A stretch of 17,004 bases of DNA, taken from contig JBDRBK010000153.1 of the NCBI GenBank assembly GCA_043822705.1, positions 1 through 17,004 on the forward strand. Direction: 5' to 3'. Below are positions 7,898 to 16,009 of the stretch, piece by piece. Numbering within the stretch: the first letter of the stretch is position 1; every line of letters begins with the position of its first letter. Source of the stretch: Fidelibacterota bacterium (GTDB lineage Bacteria; Fidelibacterota; Marinisomatia; Marinisomatales; TCS56). The translations under genes and the position numbers were made by a program. A model generated the notes under the pieces. The model was given only the letters and a program-made list of their open reading frames with translations, had not been told where the DNA came from and did not search any database.

Positions 7898-9199
7898 TTA
7901 TTTTACGTATACAACCTTCTGAACATTGACCATACCGCCGGATTGTAACCGTACCAGGTAGACCCCGGCGCTGAGAGTATTGGGCTGCCAGGCCAGGGAG
8001 TAGCTGTTGGCCGGCTGGTACTCATCCACCAGCGTCGCAACCAGTTGCCCGCGGACGTTGAAAACCTGCAGAATGGTTTGATTGTCGCTGGTGATGTCGT
8101 ACCCCAGCGTTACCGCCGGATTAAACGGGTTGGGATAAGCCCGGTGCAGGCCGAACTCCGTGGCTTGAGTCGGTTGTTCGGCGGCGTGAACGGTTACCTG
8201 CACGGTCTGGTGCCAGGTAAGATTGCCGCCGTAGTCCACATCGCCCAGGCGGTAACCGTATTCCACTCCCGGCAACACGGCGCTGTCGCTATATTGATAA
8301 TCGGTGCGCTGGGTGGTCGAGCCCTGCCCGGCCAGCGCCACCGCAGATTTGTAATCGGCTACCGCCGTCCATTCACCCTGCTCTGCGTTCTGCGCTCTGC
8401 GCTCAAGCAGAAAGCCCAGGTTGTCGGTCTCCGATTCGGTGGTCCAGGACAAAACGATTTTACCGTTGTTGGCTACGGCCTCGAATTTGGTCAGTTCGAC
8501 GGGGAGGGATAAATCTCCCCAGGATGTAGCAACTCTAATACCATCAACTATAATATTTTGACTAGAGCTATATTGTCGTAGACAAATCATGCTAATAGAT
8601 GTTTGCCCTGAACCACTTATTGATAATTCAGGCGTGCCAGCAGCAGATTCACTACCGGGAGCGCCAGATGAAAAAACCCATAGACTGGCATTACCTTCAG
8701 TAGATACTTCGTATTTTATAACACATAAATATGTAGTACCTGTACTGAAATTTGTTGGAGTGCTTGCAAAACTGCCGGTACTAGTGTTCGAAAGACCGAA
8801 TTGAAGATTACCGCTTGCGTCTCTTATAAATAATCTGGCTGCAAAAGTTGTGGTATTTTTTCCCAGATGAATAAAATATCCAGCGGCTATATTATCCACA
8901 CGAACAAGAAAAGAAACATAAATAGTGCCAGAAGATTGTTCAGAAAATGTCCGGTTATCATCCTCTCCTGTATTATCAACAAGTGCAGAATTGCCAATAT
9001 TCGATCCAGGATATTCGCTATATGTAAGTCCGCCGTCATTTACAGTGATGGGATTCGTACCAGCGCCACTGTGCGCAGACCATCCATTAGCTGTTAAATT
9101 AGTTCCGGCTGTATATTCAAAGTTTTCTATCAATAATTGCGCATTTATGGCATTGCTAAAAAATGATACAAAGCCAAGTACAATGATTAGTTTCTTCAT
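7898..9199 (-). CDS. Secreted protein: N-terminal beta-sandwich domain of unknown function plus LPVEL Ig/FN3-like module and T9SS-like C-terminal sorting domain
   Basis: ATG at 9199 is preferred over TTG at 9232 because it gives the signal peptide MKKLIIVLGFVSFFSNAINA/Q with GGGG upstream. The Ser/Thr/Gly-rich beta domain ends in DGIRVATSW, followed by LPVEL..WTTESETDNLGF and AYPNPFNP..SAGVYLVRL..QKVVYVK. Confidence 0.88.
   Translation of the reverse strand: MKKLIIVLGFVSFFSNAINAQLLIENFEYTAGTNLTANGWSAHSGAGTNPITVNDGGLTYSEYPGSNIGNSALVDNTGEDDNRTFSEQSSGTIYVSFLVRVDNIAAGYFIHLGKNTTTFAARLFIRDASGNLQFGLSNTSTGSFASTPTNFSTGTTYLCVIKYEVSTEGNASLWVFSSGAPGSESAAGTPELSISGSGQTSISMICLRQYSSSQNIIVDGIRVATSWGDLSLPVELTKFEAVANNGKIVLSWTTESETDNLGFLLERRAQNAEQGEWTAVADYKSAVALAGQGSTTQRTDYQYSDSAVLPGVEYGYRLGDVDYGGNLTWHQTVQVTVHAAEQPTQATEFGLHRAYPNPFNPAVTLGYDITSDNQTILQVFNVRGQLVATLVDEYQPANSYSLAWQPNTLSAGVYLVRLQSGGMVNVQKVVYVK
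8381..8404. repeat. 7-bp tandem repeat (CTCTGCG x ~3.4) inside a CDS
   Basis: ctctgcg ttctgcg ctctgcg ctc. Confidence 0.6.
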
Positions 9200-9410
9200 T
9201 CTATTCCCCGCGATTACTGCTGTGATTCCCAATTCCCAGGTTACGATTAACCCGCGCCGAAATACCCATTTCGGTAACGCGCAAAATAGCCCTATTTCTT
9301 TGTTTTTTCAAATTAATTTCGCACCGGGGCCGACGTCGGCAATCCTTGTAATTTGCCCCTGCTGTGCACTAACTTTACGGCACTAATCCTTTTCCTAATC
9401 AGGGGTCAAT

Positions 9411-10226
9411 ATGGATATTAGCACCGCCATCGGTTTGATTCTGGGGATCGGCCTGGTTTCCCAGGGAATTATTTTCGGCCACGGCCAGTTGCAGTGGTTT
9501 CTGAATCCGCCGGCGATCGGGATCGTGCTGGGCGGCACCCTGGCCGCCACCCTGGTCAATTACCCGATCCAGAATTTCATGCAGTTATTCAAAGTCACCA
9601 AGGTGATTTTCGGCGCGCAGAAATCGGGTTATATCGAAATGATCAACCTGCTGGTGGATAAAGCCGAAAAAGCCCGCAAGACCGGCATCATGTCCCTGGA
9701 AGCGGACCTGGCCAGCATCAACGATAAATTCCTGCGCAACGGGATCGAGCTGGCGATCAACGAACAAGACGCCAACCGGCTGCGCAATTTCCTGTCGCTG
9801 GAACTGAGCAATATCCGCCACCGCCATGCCATCGCCCAGGAAATTTTCTTCTACATGGGCGCCTACGCCCCGGCCTTCGGCATGCTGGGCACGGTGATGG
9901 GCCTGATCGTCATGATGAATAATTTTTCCGGCGGCGGTGGCGACGGTGCCATCGGCAAAGTCAATTTCGATGTGGCGGCCAAATTCGCCGAACTGCTGGC
10001 CGGCATGGGTCTGGCCCTGATCACCACTTTCTATGGCGTGCTGCTGTCCAACCTGGTGTTTCTGCCTATCGGCGGCAAACTCAAGCGCAAGTCCGAAGAA
10101 GAAATCATGGTCAAGAACATCATGGCCGAGGGCATCATCGGCATCCATGCCAAGGATCACCCGATCCTGCTGCGGGAGAAACTGATGACCTTCGTTCCCC
10201 AGAGTAAACGCACCAAGAAGGAGTAG
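9411..10226 (+). CDS. motA: MotA/PomA-family stator A subunit
   Basis: 271 aa. MD..T.IG TM1, IVLGGT TM2, cytoplasmic ARKTGIMSLE (R89/E97) and DKFLRNGIELAI, TM3 APAFGMLGTVMGLI, TM4 ALITTFYGVLLSNLVFLPIGGKL, C-terminal EGI..I....HP..LREKL. Confidence 0.9.
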   Translation: MDISTAIGLILGIGLVSQGIIFGHGQLQWFLNPPAIGIVLGGTLAATLVNYPIQNFMQLFKVTKVIFGAQKSGYIEMINLLVDKAEKARKTGIMSLEADLASINDKFLRNGIELAINEQDANRLRNFLSLELSNIRHRHAIAQEIFFYMGAYAPAFGMLGTVMGLIVMMNNFSGGGGDGAIGKVNFDVAAKFAELLAGMGLALITTFYGVLLSNLVFLPIGGKLKRKSEEEIMVKNIMAEGIIGIHAKDHPILLREKLMTFVPQSKRTKKE

Positions 10227-10228
10227 CG

Positions 10229-10927
10229 ATGGAACGCCGCGGTGGACTTTCCCAGATGGAGGCCCGGGCCAAGAGTACTTCCTGGGCGATTACCTACGGG
10301 GACATGGTGACCCTGCTGCTGACTTTTTTCATCATGCTGCTGGTGATCATGAACGACGCGGAAAAGCATATCGACCGTGTCATCAATATGCTGCTGGACG
10401 AAAGCTACAAGGAGCTGGCCGATAATGTGACCTCCTCCTATGTGATGGTCGAACGGGTCACCAAGGGCGTGAAAATCACGATGGCCAGCGGCCGCCTGTT
10501 CCGCTCGATGGATGCCGATGTCCAGCCGGATGTCTATCCCCTGCTGCAACAGATCGGCGGTATCATCAAACTGTCGCGCGTGGTGCGGGTCAAGGATGAC
10601 CCGGAATTGCATAAATTCATCGAGTCGGTGGAAAACGCCGGCCGGCAATTGAATATTGAAATCCGCTGCGAGGGGCATACCGACGACCTGCAGCTCTCCG
10701 GCACTTCCCGTTATGACGGCAACTGGGATTTGTCCACCGCCCGCGCCCTGAATATTGTCAAACTGCTGAGTCAGTTCGCCGGCATCCCCGAAGAAAAATT
10801 CTCCGCCATGGGCTACGGCGAATTTCGCCCGGTAGTGCCCAACAGCGACAACGCCGCCCGCGCCAAGAACCGGCGGGTGGAAATCTATTTGGATGCCTTT
10901 ATCACCGTTCCAACTATCACCAATTAG
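10229..10927 (+). CDS. motB: MotB/PomB-family stator B subunit with OmpA-like peptidoglycan-binding domain
   Basis: 232 aa with AAGGAG SD. TM WAITYGD25MVTLLLTFFIMLL carries the conserved Asp. OmpA_C motifs EGHTD, NWDLSTARA, GYGEFRP and KNRRVEI. Confidence 0.9.
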   Translation: MERRGGLSQMEARAKSTSWAITYGDMVTLLLTFFIMLLVIMNDAEKHIDRVINMLLDESYKELADNVTSSYVMVERVTKGVKITMASGRLFRSMDADVQPDVYPLLQQIGGIIKLSRVVRVKDDPELHKFIESVENAGRQLNIEIRCEGHTDDLQLSGTSRYDGNWDLSTARALNIVKLLSQFAGIPEEKFSAMGYGEFRPVVPNSDNAARAKNRRVEIYLDAFITVPTITN

Positions 10928-10936
10928 GGTTGATTC

Positions 10937-11518
10937 ATGAAGCGAAGCATTATTTTACTGGCGCCGGCGTTAATGACGCTGCTGACCGGCCAGGAAACCG
11001 AAGTCATCAAGAAGACACCGATTTACCTGAATCCTGCAAATGAAAAAAGCATTGTCGGCGAATTACTGCCCGGGGCTACGGTCACCAAGCTGCGCAAAGA
11101 TAAATCGGGGCAGTATATCATGGCCACGGTGGAATTCTATATTCCCATGGAAGCGCTACTGGAAGGGCGGGTGGCCAAGAATATCGGCGAGCGCCAGGTG
11201 GCCGACAACGCCACCTTCAAGCTGGCCAGCGCCCAGCGTGACGGTAATACGGTCAAACTCAGCCTGCAGGTCAAAAACAATAGCGACCGGAACCTTGACT
11301 TCGCCCCGATGATGCTGCTCAAGGTGACCGGTAAAGGCGATGTCGTCGGCGAGCTCAATCCTTTCATGGGTACGAACCAGGGGCTGGCGATGATTCCCCC
11401 GGAAGGGGCGATCACGGCTGATCTGTACTATGATTTTAAGTCCGCGCCGAAAAATGTCGAACTGATGTGTACGGCCCGGCCGGGCGGCGACCGGGTGTAC
11501 TACCTGCTGGGGTTTTAG
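10937..11518 (+). CDS. Hypothetical exported protein (possible SH3-like N-terminal domain plus DUF4352-like Ig-fold C-terminal domain)
   Basis: 193 aa, starting 9 nt after the motB stop. Signal peptide MKRSIILLAPALMTLLTG. TPIYLNP...VGELLPGATVTKL...EFYIP resembles SH3b; IGE..V...KL...VKLSLQVKNNSD...IPPEG...L.YD resembles DUF4352. Domain calls are tentative. Confidence 0.75.
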   Translation: MKRSIILLAPALMTLLTGQETEVIKKTPIYLNPANEKSIVGELLPGATVTKLRKDKSGQYIMATVEFYIPMEALLEGRVAKNIGERQVADNATFKLASAQRDGNTVKLSLQVKNNSDRNLDFAPMMLLKVTGKGDVVGELNPFMGTNQGLAMIPPEGAITADLYYDFKSAPKNVELMCTARPGGDRVYYLLGF

Positions 11519-11532
11519 CACAGCACTTTGAT

Positions 11533-11602
11533 CCGGCATGGTTGCCCAGGGCTTCGGGATGATTGCCCAAGACCTTGGCATGATTGCCCAAAGCTCCGGC
11601 AT
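11533..11602. repeat. 21-bp imperfect tandem repeat, ~3.3 copies
   Basis: ccggcatggttgcccagggct / tcgggatgattgcccaagacc / ttggcatgattgcccaaagct / ccggcat. Confidence 0.85.
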
Positions 11603-11604
11603 CA

Positions 11605-11635
11605 GAGATTCTTCGTCCTGCGGACTCCGAATGAC
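11605..11635. repeat. REP-like short palindromic element
   Basis: gagattcttcgtcctgcggactccgaatgac, with internal mini-hairpin GTCC-TGC-GGAC. Its reverse complement resembles the GTCATTCTGAG...CGAAGAATCTC type of intergenic repeat (from recollection). Confidence 0.45.
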
Positions 11636-11680
11636 CACCAATGACTATGAGTGACTATAAATGACTGTTCCTGACCACCG
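11631..11680. repeat. 10-bp-period tandem repeat with invariant TGAC core, 5 copies
   Basis: atgaccacca / atgactatga / gtgactataa / atgactgttc / ctgaccaccg. Confidence 0.75.
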
Positions 11681-11727
11681 ACACCACATTCCCTTTGAAT
11701 CTTCGGGTACCGCTAAAACCGTGAAGT

Positions 11728-12089
11728 TTATTTTTTGTCGTCGGTCTGGCCGGTTTCGATCACCTTGAAGACCTTTTCATTCTTTTTAGCCATTCGGTAG
11801 CGCTCCCGGGCCAGGCGCTCGATATATTCAAAATCGGTTTCCAGCCGCAGTTTCTGTTCTTCCAATTGGATTCGTTCGGCCCGCAGGTCCTCGATATTGC
11901 GCTGAATCTGTTTTCGTTCCAGCCGCAACTGGTAGAGCTGGTAGAGTCCATGATCGCCGAAGAAAAAAATCAGCAACAAGACCACGGCGCCCAGAGTCAG
12001 AACGCCCCGGATCAGGCGTTGCGGACGGGCGCCGTCGGAAGTTGTTGCGCGCCGCGGCTGACGCCGCGGTGTTTTCCTGCCGCGTGACA

Positions 12090-12090
<1 letters not shown>
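11728..12090 (-). CDS. ftsB: Septum formation initiator family protein (FtsB/DivIC)
   Basis: 120 aa. Basic N-terminus, one TM, FGDHGLY, coiled coil, then YIERLARERYRMAKKNEKVF (DivIC signature). GTG start overlaps the eno stop (TAGTG); eno-ftsB is a conserved gene order. Confidence 0.85.
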
Positions 12091-13421
<1,331 letters not shown>

Positions 13422-13445
13422 TCAACTCCAATTTAGAACTAAGAA

Positions 13446-13474
13446 TTGCTTGCCGCTTGCGGCCCGGTTAATTT
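13446..13474 (+). promoter_or_regulatory. Putative sigma70-type promoter for the GNAT gene
   Basis: TTGCTT-17 nt-TAATTT, ending 9 nt before the ATG at 13484. Confidence 0.4.
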
Positions 13475-13483
13475 CGGCTTACT

Positions 13484-14458
13484 ATGACTGTTTCTATCCG
13501 TCGTTTTGAGAATTCCGAATCCGGCCTCTGGGACGGATTGGTCTGGAAGGCCAACAACGGTACACTGTTCCACACGCGTCGGTTTTTGAACTATCATCCG
13601 GCGGACCGGTTCTGTGATCACAGCCTGATTTTCACCAAGAAGGATCGGCCCTACGTGCTGTTCCCGGCGGCGGAAAAGGTGGTCGAAAACGGCCGCTGGC
13701 TGGTCTCGCACCCCGGCGCCTCCTTCGGGTCTTTTGTCGTGCCGGAAGATTTGCCGTTCGCCGATACGCAGCAGTTGGTGGCCGGTCTGATCACTTATGC
13801 CCGGCGGAACGCTTTCAACGCTATCCGCCTGACCCTGCCGCCGACAATTTACAACCGGCGGCTTTCCAATTACGTCGATTTCGCCCTGGTGCGGCAGGGC
13901 TTCGAATATGTGAAACGGGAGGTATCCAGCATCCTGTTCCTGGAACCGGAGATCGCCGCCAATCTGGCCAAATTCCGGCCCTCCCACCGTCGGGCCGTCA
14001 ACAAGGCCCGCAATGCGGGGGTGGTCGTCCGGCCTACGGATGACTATGCCGCGTTCTACCGGATTCTGAAAAAAAACCTTAAAATCCGCCACGGCGTGCA
14101 GCCCACCCATACTTTGGACGAGCTGCTGCTGCTCAAGCAACTGTTCCCGGACAGGATCAACCTGTTCGGCGCTTTTGTCGATGAGAAAATGATCGCCGGC
14201 GTGGTCAATTTCTGCGCCACGGCCGAGGTGGTGCTGGCCTTCTATATCAGCCATGACGAAGACTATCAGGATTACCGCGGTGTGAACCTGCTGTTTTACT
14301 CGATTTTCGAATGGGCGATCGCCGCCGGCTACAAGGTGTTCGATTTCGGCATCTTTACCGTCAACGAGGAACCGAATTACGGTCTGGCCCGGTTCAAGGA
14401 AAATTTCGGTTCCAGCGGCATGTTCCGCGATACGTTGGAATTGAAGCTTCAACCCTAA
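13484..14458 (+). CDS. FemAB-related GNAT-fold acyl/aminoacyl transferase
   Basis: 324 aa. Motifs WD.LV....NGTLFH...FL.YH, SHPGASFG, RRAVNKA...GV, HGV.PTH and FDFG......PNYGL..FKE.FG, typical of Acetyltransf_6/FemAB-like proteins in envelope glycan loci. Confidence 0.8.
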   Translation: MTVSIRRFENSESGLWDGLVWKANNGTLFHTRRFLNYHPADRFCDHSLIFTKKDRPYVLFPAAEKVVENGRWLVSHPGASFGSFVVPEDLPFADTQQLVAGLITYARRNAFNAIRLTLPPTIYNRRLSNYVDFALVRQGFEYVKREVSSILFLEPEIAANLAKFRPSHRRAVNKARNAGVVVRPTDDYAAFYRILKKNLKIRHGVQPTHTLDELLLLKQLFPDRINLFGAFVDEKMIAGVVNFCATAEVVLAFYISHDEDYQDYRGVNLLFYSIFEWAIAAGYKVFDFGIFTVNEEPNYGLARFKENFGSSGMFRDTLELKLQP

Positions 14459-14551
14459 GCCAGCGAGCGTGCGGAGAACACTGAAAATAAAATTATGCCG
14501 AATAAAACTTGGCATCTTCGTGCGTACTAGCGTGAAATCTGATACTTGCTG

Positions 14552-16009
14552 ATGCGCTCACGGATAAAAGCACTGTCCCTGCAGACCCTGATTTACGGCA
14601 CCGGCCATATCCTGGCCCGGCTGGTGACATTTCTGCTGCTGCCGCTGTACACCAATGTCTTCGATCCCGAGAAATACGCCGTCGTTTCCCTGGCCTATAT
14701 GTTCATGGGATTCATGTCGGTGGTGCTGCATTACGGTCTCGATGCCGCCCTGATGAAACATTATGTGCCGGCCGGACCCGCCGAGCGCAAGGTGCTGATG
14801 TCCAGCGCCTATGTTTCGTTCGTTTCCACGGCGCTCGGTTTCGCCCTGCTGATGTATCTGCTGCGCCGAATTATCGCCGAACCGCTGTTGGGCGTCTACA
14901 TGCCCAAATATATCGCCTACTGCGGATTGATCCTGATGCTGGACAATCTCTGGTCGATACCCCTGCTGCTGCTGCGCTCCGAGGAAAAACCATTTGTTTT
15001 TATCGGATTCAGTCTGACCAACGTCGGTTTGACGCTGGGTTTGAATCTGATGTTGATTCTGCATTTCCGGATGGGCGTGGAAGGTGTCTTGATCAGCAAT
15101 ATCATTGCCTCCGTCGTGGTCTTTTTCCTGACCCTGCCGGTGGTGTTGCGGCGGGTCGATCTGCGCCAGGTTTCCCTGCCGGTCTGGAAGAAACTGATGC
15201 GTTTCGGCCTGCCGTTCCTGCCGTCCGGCATTTTCGCCATGATCATGGAAATGGCCGGGCGCTACCTGCTGAAATTCATGACCGACATGGAAACGGTGGG
15301 CATCTATAGCGCCGGTTACAAGCTGGGCATGCTGATGCTGCTGGCGGTGATGGGCTTTAACATGGCCTGGCAGCCATTCTTCCTGCGCGAGGGCGCCGGT
15401 GACGAGAAAAAAGTCCTGTACGCCCGGATCGCCTCCTACGTGGTGGCGCTGCTGGCGCTGCTGTGGGTATTGCTGCTGCTGTGGGTGGACCGGCTGGTGC
15501 GGCTGCCGATCGGCGGCACGACTTTTTACGGCCCGGAATTCTGGTCATCGGCCCGGATCGTGCCCTGGATCGCTCTGGGATACTTATTTCAAGCCACCTA
15601 CCTGCTGCAATTGCCGGGACCGTTTCTTACCGGCAAATCGCACTGGGTGGCCACCACACGCGGGGCGGGCGCGCTGGCGACCATCCTGCTGAATCTGGTG
15701 TTGATACCGCGGTACGGCGCCATGGGGGCCGCCGCCGCCATGGGCCTGTCATTTTTCATCATGAGCGGATTCATGTACTTTATCAACCGTCGGATTTTCC
15801 CGTTGCCGTTCGAGTGGTCGCGCCTGTTGCGGGTGGTCCTGGTGACGGCGGCGATTTACCTGTTGCACATCACCACCGCTGTCTCGCCCCTGCGGGATTT
15901 GCTGCTGGTACTGGCGCTGCCGGCCGGACTGCTGCTGACCGGCTTTCTGAAACGTAGCGAGCTGGAGTATCTGCGCGGGCTGATCGGTCGGCGGTCGCGA
16001 AATGGTTGA
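14552..16009 (+). CDS. Wzx-type oligosaccharide/polysaccharide flippase (MOP superfamily)
   Basis: About 485 aa with roughly 12-14 hydrophobic segments. Motifs TLIYG...ILARLVTFLLLPLYT, GLD.A, KKLMRFGLP, VGIYSAGYKLG, AWQPF and LN..LIP.YG.MGAA.A. ATG 14552 is preferred; TTG 14546 is possible. Confidence 0.88.
   Translation: MRSRIKALSLQTLIYGTGHILARLVTFLLLPLYTNVFDPEKYAVVSLAYMFMGFMSVVLHYGLDAALMKHYVPAGPAERKVLMSSAYVSFVSTALGFALLMYLLRRIIAEPLLGVYMPKYIAYCGLILMLDNLWSIPLLLLRSEEKPFVFIGFSLTNVGLTLGLNLMLILHFRMGVEGVLISNIIASVVVFFLTLPVVLRRVDLRQVSLPVWKKLMRFGLPFLPSGIFAMIMEMAGRYLLKFMTDMETVGIYSAGYKLGMLMLLAVMGFNMAWQPFFLREGAGDEKKVLYARIASYVVALLALLWVLLLLWVDRLVRLPIGGTTFYGPEFWSSARIVPWIALGYLFQATYLLQLPGPFLTGKSHWVATTRGAGALATILLNLVLIPRYGAMGAAAAMGLSFFIMSGFMYFINRRIFPLPFEWSRLLRVVLVTAAIYLLHITTAVSPLRDLLLVLALPAGLLLTGFLKRSELEYLRGLIGRRSRNG

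Noticed and set aside
5258..8510. Diversity-generating retroelement-style TR/VR pair between the similar C-terminal modules
   Set aside because: The similarity is at the diverged protein level, not near-identical DNA with adenine-specific changes, and no reverse transcriptase is present.
9411..10927. Zorya ZorAB anti-phage system, or ExbBD/TolQR
   Set aside because: The A subunit lacks the long ZorA tail and keeps flagellar-type motifs, and there is no zorC/D/E. The B subunit has an OmpA-like domain, unlike ExbD/TolR.
11156..11641. 161-aa - strand ORF containing the heptapeptide repeat
   Set aside because: It is mostly antisense to the third operon gene, and the peptide repeat is explained by the 21-bp DNA repeat.
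11533..11680. Possible mini-CRISPR array
   Set aside because: The periods of 21 and 10 bp leave no 25-45-nt unique spacers, and there are no cas genes in the window.
13439..14515. 358-aa ORF antisense to the GNAT gene, and the other nested or antisense ORFs in the track
   Set aside because: They overlap well-supported genes and have low-complexity or antisense-type composition.
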